Positions 1 through 12,781 of a stretch of DNA of 64,000 bases are shown here, piece by piece. The first letter of the stretch is position 1. Each line of letters opens with the position of its first letter. The position numbers and the translations under genes are program-made. The notes under the pieces were generated by a model, which did no database searches, was not told where the DNA came from, and worked only from the letters and a program-made list of their open reading frames with translations. This DNA comes from Mytilus edulis (taxonomy: Eukaryota): the NCBI RefSeq assembly GCF_963676685.1, contig NC_092344.1, positions 33,852,001-33,916,000 of the forward strand, in the 5' to 3' direction.

Positions 1-287
1 GCAAGTGTACTCCTGTTTATTGTATATATGATATTATACAAGGAACTTTACATAATTAACTCACGTAGATTTTAAAGATGGCACAAATTGGTATTCTTAA
101 TTTATTTTCCGAAAAAAAATGGAAATTCTAAATGTTATACATATATAGATTTGTCTACATCTTCACATGTACCCATACAGTCCAAATGTTTATCTGTGCT
201 TGTATATAGAGGTTTTGTACATTATTAAAATAAATCACATGTGTTTTATAATTTCATTCATAACCAAAATTAGGTAGTTTAGCTTTT

Positions 288-1040
288 AGAAAAGAGGGAC
301 GAAAGATACCAAAGGGACAGTCAAACTCATAAATCTAAAACAAACTGACAACGCCATGGCTAAAAATGAAAAAGACAAACAGAAAAACTATAGTACACAT
401 GACACAACATAGAAAACTAAAGAATAAACAACACGAACCCCACCAAAAACTAGGGGTGATCTCAGGTGCTCCGGAAGGGTAAGCAGATCCTGCTCCACAT
501 GTGGCACCCGTCGTGTTGCTTATGTGATTACAAATCCGGTAAATAGTCTAATTCGGTAGGTCACATTCATGAAAGGGAAGGGGATTGTAGTTACGACATA
601 AGGAACATATCCGATATCATTTGTGAAACGGTTATTCCATAACGGTCAACCAACTCGTGATGGCGTCCGTAAAATTTACGAAGGGATGATTTCAACTTCA
701 CCATTTGGAACTCTTGGTTTAATAGCCTCCTTGTAAGGCTAAAGCAGTAACCCTCTATCAAGAAAATCATGATAGGAAATGCAAGCACGGGAATATCGTA
801 TCAATTGGGAGATATATACCCCGTATGCAGGTGCTGCTGGAATGTTGCTACTTAGAAATGGAAAGTTCACAATTAGATAGCTGAAATAATCTCTTTTGTC
901 GTAAAGTTTTGTTTTCAACCGACCCTCATTGTCAATTTCTAGATGTAAGTCAAGATATGAAGCCGACTTAACTGTATCTGTAGTATCCTTTATCTCCAAT
1001 TCGATGGGATAGATGCGTTCCACATAGTCACCAAGAAGAC
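288..1040 (-). mobile_element. Penelope-like retroelement 3' fragment (RT C-terminus/thumb plus 3' UTR), frameshifted
   Basis: IYPIELEIKDTT..SYLDL..LYDKRD.F..VNFPFLSSNIPAAPAYGVYISQLIRYSRAC continues after a frameshift near 740 into ..KFYGRHHELVDRY..* (591). No endonuclease follows the RT. Confidence 0.8.
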
Positions 1041-2276
1041 ATGGATGCTTCATAATTTGTATATAGATGTCTTATGTTACGAAGTTTCTGTATGATACAT
1101 GTCCATTGTCCTTGACCTCATTTTCATGGTTCAGTGACTACTTGAAAAGAGTTTTGTAATGTTTATTTCTCTCTTATTATGAGTAATAGTATAACTATAT
1201 TTTGTATTTGCGTAACTTTCAAGGTCTACATGGCCGTAACACAGTTTTCACTTGACCATTACCTCAATTCATGGATCAGGAAACAAGGTTAAGTGTTTGT
1301 GGTCAAGTTCATATCTCAGATATTATAAGCAATAGGTCTAGTATATTTGGTGTATGGAAGGATTGTAAGGTGTACATGTCCAACTGACAGGTGTCATCTG
1401 ACCTTGATCTCGTTTTCTTGGTTCAGTGGATGAAGTTAATTTTTTGTGTTTTGGTCTGTTTTTCTTATACTGTGTGCAATAGGTCTACTATATGTGGTTT
1501 ATGGAATGATTGTAAGGTGTTCATGTTCAACGGACAGGTGTCATCTGACCTTGATGTCATTTCCATGGTTCAATAGTCAAAGTTAAGTGTTTGAGTTTTG
1601 GTCTTTTTTCCAACACTATATGCAATAGGTCAACTGTATTTGGTGTATGGACATATTTTATGATGTATATGTCAGTCTTCCAAGTATTATTTGACCTTGA
1701 CCTCGTTTTCACGGTTCATTTCTCAGTGTTAAGTTTTTTTGTGTTTTGGTCTGTTTGTCTTAAACTATACACAATAGTTCAATTATATTTGTTATATGGA
1801 AGGAATGTAAGCTGTATATGTATGTCCGGCGGCTATCATCTGACGTCCTTGACCTCATTTTGGTAGTTCATTTGTCAATGTTTAATTTTCATGGTTAAGT
1901 TTGTTTCTTAAATACTATAATCATTATGTCAACTATTTTTAATGCATAGATTGATTGTAAAGTGTACATGACGTCTGCTTGACATAGTTCATCTGACCTT
2001 GACCTCATTTTCATGGTTTATGGGTCAATGTTTGGTTTTCTTGGTTAAATCTGTTTCTAAGAAACTATAAGCAAAAGGTCAACTATATTTAGTGTAATGC
2101 ATGATTATTATTAGGTGTACATGAATTTCTCGTTTAATTTATCTGACCTTGATTTCATTTTCTTGAATCGTGTTATGTTTATTTTAAAGTTGAAGTAAGC
2201 TTGATATGTAGGACTATCGACATAATATCAATGGTTTGTAAAGAAAGCGAGACATTTCAGCGTGTGCACTCTTGTT
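1035..2276 (+). mobile_element. Helentron/HINE-like element with internal ~140-150-bp degenerate tandem units
   Basis: Recurrent tcatctgaccttgacctcattttcatggttca and aataggtcaactatatttggt motifs; ends ttcagcgtgtgcactcttgtt, like the relative ending near 7115. Confidence 0.6.
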
Positions 2277-4218
2277 TAAATATTCTTTATTAAGCAAAAA
2301 TCACACCCATGAGAGGGTCATAGGTAAAAAATAGTTTCTGCAAATAATTTTGATATATTTTCATATTAAAATTTGCTTTTGAAGCAAACATAGTTTTGTT
2401 TACATTTTCGTACTTTTTACACCCCCAAAATATGTATTATTTTACTTTTTATATCTTTAGCTCGTGTGGTTACAACAGCCTTGCAAACAGCTGATGTTGC
2501 AGTTCTTATCAATTACATTACAAGTGGATCACTCAATCTTGTCATTGTTGCTTTGATAATTGTTTACAGCCAAAACAAGAAACACAAACTGTATTAAAAG
2601 CAAACATATTGTTTAATGAATGAAAAAGTTTCCGTACGGACAACTTTCTTTGTTAATTTTTTAAATTGTTTTATTTTTTAAATGAATGAAAAAAGATTAT
2701 TATTTTATTTTTTTGTGTTGATTGTTCAATATCATGAGGCCATCTTTAAAAGGTATATTCAACTGAAATCTCATAGTAAAATCTGATCTTACAGCGAACC
2801 AACGTTCAGTTTCTAAAGCTAACTCGTACGAATCGTTTTGTATTTTACGACATTGTACACGTTGTATACACGTCGCCATTGTGAGGCTATGACAAAAGTG
2901 AATTCCTTAATATAATCATAAGGAAAAAGTTAATATAAAATCTCAAACGGAGCAGCTGCCCACAAAGAGTCTTAAAACTATTATAGTAGTAACAAAAGTC
3001 CGTGACATTACATGTACATAACAATGTAATTCAAATAGGATTTCGAGATTCATTTAAGTCGAAAGTTTCTTATTAATGGAAATTTCACGATACAATCCGC
3101 GCGTCTGAATGAGGCGTTCTTGGTCTACGTATAAATACTTGCTCAAAATAATAACCAAAAACAATCAATAACAACTTTGCTGGTGAATGTTGGAACCTTA
3201 GCTTCTAATAATTCATTGATAAATAGGAAATCTTAGAAATGTTTGTCACAAATCATACCAGTGTCGAATAATCTTCTACTGAGCTGATGAGACCCTCGCA
3301 GACTTAGTCCAGCAGCAAAGGTATTAATCCAGTCCTGTTTAAATAAGTCGCGTATGACAAAGTGCCATAAAAATGACCAACACTGTTTTAAGACTAGAAC
3401 CTGTTCTATCGAGATATAATACATGCATCTTCAGACTTAATAGCAACACAACTTTGTTTGAAGGCATAACAACCTATGTGTTACTACATATATCTTTAAA
3501 TTTTAAACTGATCCAATTAAGTTATTCGCAATTGTATCCCTTTGCCATTAAGCTGAAATTATTTATGGATACTAATGTATGGTCAGTATCACCACAATGC
3601 GAGTATTAACAGGAAGATATTTCTAAAAGGAAGATGTTTTTTGAAACTTCGCGACATACAATTTCATCCGTTTTAATTTAGAATTGAAACAAGAGTTATG
3701 TTTAAAGAAATCTAACGCTTTTTACATTTTCCACTTCGAATTAGTATCACTTTCATCGAAATTTAATATAAAACAACTATTTTTGTACAGTTTGTTACTC
3801 GTTTTTTCATAAATGATTCATTTAAGGATATCTATTTTTGAAGAAGAAGGAAAAAAAAACACCCTTTACTGTTCCAATTGAATTTAAATGTTATACTATA
3901 TGTTCATTCCTTGAATTACCTCGGTAAAGCCTGATGGTATTTTATTTAGGGAGTGGATCGAGAATATCGCCTATCAATTGCTTTCGTGATATTTTACAAT
4001 CACTGGATCGAAGCCAATGCTGGTGGACGATAGTACTTTACCAGATAAGAAATCAGCACATGACGTAAAATATTATTGATATATTTTCTTTTAATTTAGT
4101 GCTTATAAAATATTGCAATCATTCGAAACACTTAGGTTTTTCTACCCCCCCCTCCCCAAGACATAGATTACCTAGGCTAAAATTGGCACCACTTTACTCT
4201 TAAATTCATGATCCCTTT

Positions 4219-4255
4219 ACTAAGTCTTATGCAGGCGAAATGTGCGTCTTGCATA
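4219..4255 (+). ncRNA. Degenerate type I hammerhead ribozyme motif
   Basis: gtcttatgcaggc-gaaa-tgtgcgtc, with the CUGANGA box eroded; same flanks as the 12244 copy. Confidence 0.4.
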
Positions 4256-4455
4256 CCAAGTTATAATCCTGATATCTAGGTAAATTAATATCAAGACTTT
4301 GAATAGAAAAGTTGAATATAAGACATTTTCTCTTCTTACGGTTTCGTGACGGACATGATTTTAATTCAACATGGAATGGAAGTAAAAGATAATATGTACC
4401 GGCATGAAAGAAGCATGTCAAATCGTTATCAAAGGTACCAGGCTTTTAATTTAAT

Positions 4456-4499
4456 ACGCTAGTCGCGCGTTTCGTCTACATAAAACTCATCAGTGACGC
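4456..4499 (-). ncRNA. Minimal type I hammerhead ribozyme (family A), within a repeat at ~4425-4640
   Basis: Minus strand gcgtca-CTGATGA-gttt(tatgt)agac-GAAA-c(gcgc)g-AC-tagcgt; core intact but the cleavage triplet is GAC rather than GUC. Confidence 0.8.
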
Positions 4500-5261
4500 T
4501 CAGATAAAAATAGAAAGACAAACAAGTACAAAGTTGAAAAGCATCGATGACCCAAAATTCCAAAATGTTGCGCCAAATACGACTAAGGTTATCTATGCGT
4601 TTGATACGAAAATCCTTAGTATTTCGAATAATTCAAACTATTAACAAATACGAGGACCTATATAAGAATTTCAACAGTTTTGGAGGCGACTTCAAATTTA
4701 TAGAGGATGATGAAACACAATACATTTGTTCTATAGATTCTACACGAATTGAATAGTTTCCAAAAGGAAGTTCATCATGAATTCAAAAAACAGAAAAATG
4801 CAAATTCAGATTTTGTATACCGTCTGCAGTACTAGAAATTTTAACGCAGACGATATACATTATACACCTTGGCTCAACGTTAAAGCTGGACATAATTGCC
4901 TTATACACGTATAGAGAAATATTAACACAAACGTAGTATAATGTATGATCCCCCTCATAAACAAAACCGACACAATCACTGACCGAATACACAAGCTAAA
5001 AGTTTTAAAGAAGAATTTCGGTATATATACAACATGAGAAATAATCATGGAATACCAAACTAGAGTTGCTATTTTTAATGGACACACTGTAGTATCACTT
5101 TTGGGTCAAAACTGGGCTATGCTGGAATTATCTTACATCTGTAGTTGTGTCTGTTTGTTATTTAGGGATGTATATTAATAATCTTCGACGTCCGGTCTGT
5201 GTTTTTGTTTGCCTTATTTTCTGCTTTATATCGATCCGATAAGTCGAACCCTTTTTAACTG

Positions 5262-7115
5262 ATTTTTGTCACGCTTGCAAATTTTGTCGCAGCAAGGAGA
5301 CATGTATTACTATTTGGCGGCTGCGGCGTAGACTACTTGTATAAAGCTTTATACTTAGAAGGTAAAATACCTAAATGCTGCGAATCTTGTATATGTTGTG
5401 TACAAGTTATCATTTTGTACAAATTATAATGTGTACAAAAATATTGTACAAATTATAATTTGTATTATGACTTTGTACAAATTAAATTTGTACAAAACGT
5501 GCCTGTACAAATTACAATTTGTACAAAATTTGACCAAAATTCACTTATAACTTGTACAACAGTTTTAAATATGAAGTTTGGTGAAAAATGCATTGATTCA
5601 CACGATAGAATTGTAATTAACTGACCACACACTAAATTCAATTAACAAAATACACCGTTTTTTCACAACTGCAAAAGGCAGATTGATCTTCGAAATTTTT
5701 GAGAGAAAAAAAGTAAACAAATAGGATTTTTATACAAATTTTTAATACATAAACTACTTTTTCTTAAAAAAAAAAGATATCATTCAATAGTACTGCTTGA
5801 TTAGTTCTTATCGTTATTTTGAGGATTTTTGTTTTATTTAGAAAGTTTGCAAAAACGATTATAGTTGTAAAATTTGATATTTTGTATCGTGAAAGATCGT
5901 GTATAGCATTTTGATGATCGTGAAAAGGATCTCAAAAGATATGTTGCCACTTATTCGTTATTTCAAAAAGTCCATGAAAACAATCAAATCTTTCTTTAAA
6001 CAAGTTATAGTTTATATTTGTAATTGGTACATCAAAAGATTGGATTTATATGACTTATTCAGCTTCACTTTTGTTTGTGAAAAGATTGATTGTTCAATGC
6101 CATTGGGTCTGATGATTTTATAATACTACACCAACTATAAAATAAAAGTCTGTCTGTCTGTTCTGCATACGTTTACTGTTGTTTTTTCAAGCTTAGATTG
6201 TCTCAACTGATTTCCGTTAAGTTTGATATTTATAAAACAAAGATCCTTGTTGAAAAAAAAAACATTGATAAAAAAAAAGGCAGAAAAACAACTGACATAT
6301 TCCTGACTTTAGCATAGTCATATTCCTTAACCAAATGGGGTGTTTAATCTCGCTTTCTTTCTTGGATATTTATTTGTCTAAAAGTCCAACTGAAGCAGTG
6401 AAATACACATGTTTATTCACAGGAACGGTTCTTGAGCTTCAACGTTCGCTATGTGAAGCAGTTAAAATGCCAGTAAAACATACGTCATCGATTTGAGAGA
6501 CAAAAGATGGTTTGTAATACCTGATTCCATAAATCACTAGATCAACTGCTCAAACGAATGATAAAGAACTAATGTTTGATTTTGTAACTTAGGTGTATTG
6601 TGTGGTCATTTAATAGCATTTCAATAATGTGTATCGATGCTTTTTTCACCAAAATCCATATGATAAATAATTGTACAAGTTATAAGTGAATTTTTGTCCA
6701 TTTTTGTACAAATTGTAATTTGTACAAGCACTTTTTGTACAAATTACAATTTGTACAAAGTAAAAATACAAATTATAATTTGTACAATATTTTTGTACAA
6801 ATTATAATTTGTACAAAATGATAACTTGTACACAACATATACATATACCTTATTTTACGAAGTTTTCGTCTGTCATAAGTTCTGACGTATCAGTAGTAAC
6901 TGGATAACCATATTTGGTGTTTGGTGTATGGGTTCCTTTTGACGTCTTCATTTCCGTTAGACAGGGTTTTTCGGACCTCAACCTCATTTCATGCATCAGT
7001 TATCTACAAGGTTAAAGTTACGTGATTTGGTCCATTTCTCAAACACTAAGCAGGAGGTCAAAATATGTGATGTGTGGAATGACTTAACGGTACACTTCAG
7101 CGTGTGCAATCTTCT
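5262..7115 (+). mobile_element. Decayed HINE-like host element interrupted by a MITE
   Basis: Starts in a T run, has a ggcggctgcggcg microsatellite, resumes at ~6841 with similarity to 1035-2276 and the same cagcgtgtgca end. Confidence 0.5.
5392..6840. mobile_element. Non-autonomous DNA transposon (MITE-like, ~1.45 kb) with ~180-bp TIRs built of TTGTACAA repeats
   Basis: Left tatgttgtgtacaagttatcattttgtac...cttgtacaa (to ~5560) is the reverse complement of the right end (~6670-6840); TA context at both ends. Confidence 0.85.
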
Positions 7116-9229
7116 TAAATTTTGTACTTATGTTGAGGGTTGTTCTTCAAACATTTCAACCCAGCCATATTCTGTATGTACCTGTCCCAAGTCAGGAGCA
7201 GTTCATTGATTGTCATTTTTGTTTTGTTATTATTAAGGCTATTAATATTCTTTATTGAAATGTTTCATATTTTTTTTTATGTCGGGGCCTTTTCAAGCCG
7301 ACTTAAAGGTTTGGGTTTTTCTCATTTTTGAATGCATTACAATTGCCTATAATTGCATGCTAACATACGTGCATGGACTAACACAACAGTTTTTTACATA
7401 AACATTTAAATTTATTCTATTTGTCAATCAGACTTAGTCTTTGCAAGTATAGACCAAGTTCACGTTTGTTGCCTTCGTCCATGCCTGCATGGAATAAACT
7501 TAGTTTTCAAGTTTTCATGTTTACATAATATAGTTTCAGTCATACTATCAGGTGTTTGTAATCTATTTAATAATGTAAATTATAATGCACAATAGGCCTT
7601 TGAATAATAAATTTTAAGTAAGGAGTGATGCAGTATTTTTTTTAACTTGATATTGATTTCTAGTTTTCTTTAATACCTTGTTATTATTAAGATATCATTG
7701 TTTTTAAGTTTTAAGCCTTTATAGCTTGTACCAAGTCAGGAATATGCCAGTTTTTATACATTCGTTCGATGAGAGTGAGCCTTTGATGTTGCCATTATAT
7801 TATGGAGCTCTTCCTTTTGAATTTTCCTCAGATTTCGGTATTTTTGTTATTTTACTGAAGGGTATTATTGTTATAACCATAAAAATTACAGCAACAGTGG
7901 TTTTGGCATTTGACTGCTTTAAGTTTGTACATTTTCATGTTTTAATAATAATCTTTATTTGTCATATAAGTAAAATTATACTTGTGACATAAACAAAAGA
8001 ATTAATTTTTCAGATGCCTACTTTAAATTGAATTGTACAGAGTAGGTTTTTTTTGTAATCTCACCCTTGCACGTATTGCCAACATGTGTAATGAAATCTT
8101 ATATTGAAGGTCCCAAGAATTTAGTTGTATCAAGCTCAATAAAATGAGTTGGGTTTATAAGTAACTTCATCAAAGTGATGATTAAACCTTTAGTGCTCAA
8201 AAGTAAGTAATGGTTAATTGAATAAAAGCCATTTGATGAAAGTTATGAACCAAATTTTAAAATTAGAGTAAATGTATTCTAAACTTTAGATTAACTTCCG
8301 AGAAGCATTTTAAACAAAAAGATGCGAAATTATGAGCGAATTGCTGCCTTTGAATTTCAAAAAGAGTTAAAAAAAAACCCACTGTGTTTCAACTATGTAT
8401 TGCTGCGATTTTCTTGCCTATTGAAATCGAACTTCAATTTTTATGACTGCTAGCTTATTTGAGTACATGATTTTGACACTTTTTAGCTTACCATTCATGT
8501 AGAAATCAAATCTGTTATGTGTCTATGTAAACCTCGGAATCTCACAATACAGGAGCTCTTTTGGAGTTTTGTCTTGCGAACCTTATGCACTGATCAAAAA
8601 AAATTTTGGGGTTAAATACTTGTCTTGTATTTTCAACATTCGTAACTCTAGTAATCATTCAATGACATAATCGGATATGCTGAAATGCACGATGAGTCGA
8701 TCATTATCGCCTTCCTATTTAGAAAAATCATTAGTGACGAACTGCATTGAACAATGAAGTTAATTCAAGATGGTATATAATAAGATTTGATAATAAAGTA
8801 AAAGTTATTCGATACTATTAGGGCAATCTTTGAGTTCGTAAGATCATTTATGGAATTTAGAATTGTTCGATAGTTTGCACAAAACGGTTCTTTTAAATTG
8901 TAGTTCAAAGGATTATGTGTTTTTATTTTTTGGCGATTTAATTCTACTTTCAGTTACTTCTGCTATATCAATATATCTATTGTTTAAGGAAGCAGGATCG
9001 CCTAGGACACCTCCGAAATTTGACAATACTCGACTCCTTTTGAATAAAGACAGGAGAAAACACATCTCGTCGCGGTTGATTCGACTCACAACATCTGAGC
9101 TGACCGGCTAGTTTGAAACACGCGGCCACCGAGGTTACATTACTAATTTAAGGTGTCCATTAATTTGGGTATATACATCTCGAAGTGCATCTTGTTACTA
9201 ACAATCCATTTTTTTCTGATTGGTTTCCA

Positions 9230-9625
9230 TTAATGTATTCTCCAGAACCAGAAATAAAAGAAATAGTAGACACCGCTTCATTTAACATTTATATACCTCG
9301 CATTTGACAGTGGCATTCAGTCATCTCAGTACCAAAATCTATGACAAACGAGATGATTTCGATTTTAAAACTTATCAAATTCCCCCACCTTAGTCGCAAT
9401 ATACGCACTTCACCTGTATATTGGATATACATTTCCCAACCCATTCGGTATGCTATCCAGACTTTATAAAACGTCCCTATATTGTCTGAGCAGAACGTTG
9501 ATGAACCAGGAGTGTGTCAAAGAACATATTGTCTTCTTTCTAAAAAGATCATCGGAAAATACTAAGACTTTGTTAATATATATTCCGTATCAACTTCACA
9601 ACTGAAACATGATGGTCTTGAAGTA
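9230..9625 (+). mobile_element. Decayed Penelope-like RT fragment
   Basis: TKIYDKRDDFDF / KFPHLSRNIRTSPVYWIYISQPIRY, homologous to 739-1053, with frameshifts. Confidence 0.7.
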
Positions 9626-10199
9626 AATAGTCAATGCACTGCGTTGTTTATCCTTTTAATAACATGCATGTAATAGTGTTCTTATATATGTCTTTGTAAA
9701 TTATTGAACTTTACTGTTTAGTCCAGTTTGTTATATCCTTTTGCCGTAGATCGGTACTTGTGCATCCTGCAAATTGCTGTTATGTTGTGGTCAGTTTTGT
9801 ATTCTTGTCTTTCGTTTTTGCTTATGTGCTTTGTCTTTATGCCTTTTTGTATTTCATTGTTGACTTATTTTTGTTTATTGTGATTAACACAATGTTCACT
9901 GCTCAAACCCATTTTTGACATTTTTATCAATTAGGTTTGTTTGTTTAGTTCACACATTGTTGTGTCAATATATGGAATTTTATGCTACTGACATATAAAT
10001 GAGAGATTATGCTGGCTATAAAACCAGAGTTAATCCACCATTTACATCATAAGGAATGTCTGTACCAATTAAGGAACATGACAGTTGTTTTTCATTACTA
10101 GTAGTTTGGTGTGGTTGAGTTTTTGATTTTGAAAATTGATAAGGGACTTTCCAATTTGAAGTTTCCTTGCATTTCTGTATTTGTGTTATTTTACTTTTT

Positions 10200-10712
10200 T
10201 ATGTATAAATTGTTGTGTATATCTGGCGTGCACTTTAACATTTTTGCTGTTTGGATAAATAAATACCCAGCCACGTTCACTCTGGTTTTTTTTTTGTTAG
10301 ATGTATTTCTATTTGTATCCATCAGATGAGTTAAGCCTTTTTCAACTGATTTCTATAGTTCGTTCTTATGTTGTACTGTTACACCACTGTACGATGTTAG
10401 AGGAGGGTTGATATCCCACTAACATGTAAAACCCCAACACTTTCTGTATATATGTGCCTGTCCCGAGTAAGGAGCCTGTGGCTGCTATTCAGTCTTTGTT
10501 GATGTGTTACATTTTTGTGTTTCGTTCATTTTTTGTACATAAATTAGGCCTTGAGTTTCTCGTTTGTTTTACATTTGTCATCTTGGGGCCTTTTATAGCT
10601 GACTATGCGGTATGGGATTTGATATTGAAGGCCGTACGGTGATATATTAATGTTTATGTCTGTGTCATTTGGTCTCTTGTGGAGTTGTCTCATTGGCAAT
10701 CATACCATGTAT
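10200..10712 (+). repeat. Dispersed SINE-like/retroelement-tail repeat (relatives at ~46690-47330 +, 53378-53585 -, 15572-15770 -, 51255-51400 +, 7130-7350 +)
   Basis: Shared blocks such as gcctttttcaactgatttttatagt, tgtcccaagtcaggagcc, ttgaaggccgtacggtga and gttgtctcattggcaatcataccac. Confidence 0.75.
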
Positions 10713-11594
10713 TTGAAAGTAATGGCCAAATAGTTAAGTAACCATGATGGATAGACAAATATTATTGGAAAAAACAAGAAGCTCGGAAACGACCATAGCT
10801 GAAATGGCATCTTAAAGTTAAATGCAAGTGAATGCTTTTTCTGAAACTACAACAGATAATCAGGAAAATGCAAATTCGTAATACGCATCAGATGACCACT
10901 TGTAGTACTAATTGAACAATTTTTTTCAATCTCTATTAGAAAATTTCGATTTTGTTAAAAAAAAAAAAAATAATAAAAATAAAAAACAAGCAACATTTTT
11001 TCCATAAAAAAAGGAATGAAAACAGGACAATGTCAAGTTAGAGTAACATAGTTCTAGAGAGTGCAACACGATATATACAACGTGTCGTACGTTTCCTGTA
11101 GTTAACAACTGACCGTCATGAAATTAAAATTATCAAATAAGGTAAACAAGTTTTGAATAAACACCATCATCTATAAGTCAATAGGGGTCACTTCCTGCTA
11201 CTTTTAAACAGATTTCTCTAATGACCACTTCGCGAGGCGAATATGATGATGTTCAAGTTTAATCTGTGATTAAATTTCTAAATAAATATTATATCAGAAT
11301 TGAGTGTTATATTTGACAAATTTTAATCTTGTTATAGTTTGACGATTAAGATTTGGGTGTTATATCTCTATTTAAAGATGTCATTCTTAATACTAATACA
11401 ATCAAACAATATAAAGTAGGTATCACTTGTCTATAAATCAATAATACAAATGATGATTGACAACAATTTGATATATACAAGTATATAATTAAAAAAAATA
11501 AGGAATCGTGGTTGAAAATTGTGTTGTTTCAAAATCAGATTTAATACTTGGTTAGATTGAGAAAAAGGTCGGAATGGAATCTGAACGGTTTGCT

Positions 11595-11663
11595 CCATCT
11601 TCGCTAGCCATGGATGGAGCCAGAGGAGGGAAGAGAATTGTAACCCTTGGCTAGCGAAGGTGG
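11595..11663. mobile_element. Tiny GC-rich hairpin element (~70 bp)
   Basis: ccatcttcgctagcca ... tggctagcgaaggtgg inverted ends. Confidence 0.55.
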
Positions 11664-12243
11664 GTTTTCTTATGATTCTCTGTGACAAAACAACTAAAAT
11701 GCCGGTGTACTTAATCACTTGTACATTTTTTTTTAATTTAAGATTTTAAAGTACACCAAAAGCCAAGCAAACAGACAAAGCTGTAACTTCCAATGTAATG
11801 ATGCTGTATACAAAATATGCTGATTTTGTTTTGTGCCATGTATAATTTCTGCTCAGAAGGTGTATATATATATATAGCTTCCTTGTTGTTTAAAAGTGAT
11901 CATAACTTTGAATATTCATAACATTTCTCAGAACTAAGAAGGATAAGATGGTTTTGTTGGTTAATTTTGATAATCAATCGAGTGGCTTACGTTTTCCTAT
12001 TTATTTGCATTTCTTTTATAGATGGTAAAATCCATGTTAATAAACACATAGAAAAGAGTTTATTAGAACTTAACTTTTTTGATTAAAGAGGTGACTTAAA
12101 CTAATACCCGTTATGAACATTCCAGCAACAAAGTTGATACGATATTTCAAGACTTTGAATTCGTTTCATAACTATTTGAAATTTTGGATCTTCAATGCAC
12201 TTCAACTTTTTACTTGTTTGGTTTTATATTTTTTTTTATATGA

Positions 12244-12287
12244 GCGTCACTAATGAGTCTTATGTAGACGAAACGCGCGTCTGGCGT
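12244..12287 (+). ncRNA. Minimal type I hammerhead ribozyme (family A) with G5-to-A core change, within a repeat at 12168-12322
   Basis: gcgtca-CTAATGA-gtct(tatgt)agac-GAAA-c(gcgc)g-TC-tggcgt; ataactatt direct repeats at 12168 and 12314. Confidence 0.8.
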
Positions 12288-12729
12288 ACTAAATTATAAT
12301 CCTGGTACCTTTGATAACTATTGTAATATTTTCTGCTATGGTGTACAGTTTTTCAAATAAAAATAAAAATACCGAAATATTCATAGTTTGATTAGTTTTA
12401 TTCAATTACGGCAATGCTCTTATGTTTACAAATATATAGAGTACATCAAGTGTCCCACTTTTATTTTGAAAATTTGTTATTAAAGTCGTCTGTCAGTCTA
12501 CTTTGTTTGTGTACGGATTTGTACAGAAGCTAATTTGCTCTCAACTTTAACTTTATAAAACAAAAAACACTTGAACATTTGTTGACTTACTCTAATACTG
12601 ATAATGACCATTTCCTTCGTTTAAATTTCAGAATCTTAACCACGTGACTAGTTTCCATCATTAAGTGTTAGTTGATAACTGATTTCCCTCATAACAAAAT
12701 TTAATTGAGTACAGACGTTAACTTCATCA

Positions 12730-12781
12730 ATGAAGACTGGATTAGTTTTATATATATTTGTGTCGTTTTTACTGTGGATAT
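12730..12781 (+). CDS. aGPCR coding exon 1 (signal peptide [17 protein letters not shown])
   Basis: ATG followed by a hydrophobic stretch; GTAAGT donor, phase 1, matches the next exon (T+GC=Cys). Acceptor tttcag at 12626-12631 implies an upstream non-coding exon. Confidence 0.8.

Noticed and set aside
510-575. Possible SECIS in the PLE 3' UTR (minus strand ATGA-atgtga...tcacat)
   Set aside because: Only ~6 bp of helix and no 3' GA for the quartet in this copy; needs SECISearch on a family consensus.
11100-11147. Candidate upstream non-coding exon of the aGPCR (AG|GTAAAC)
   Set aside because: A donor-like motif alone cannot be distinguished from chance without transcript data.
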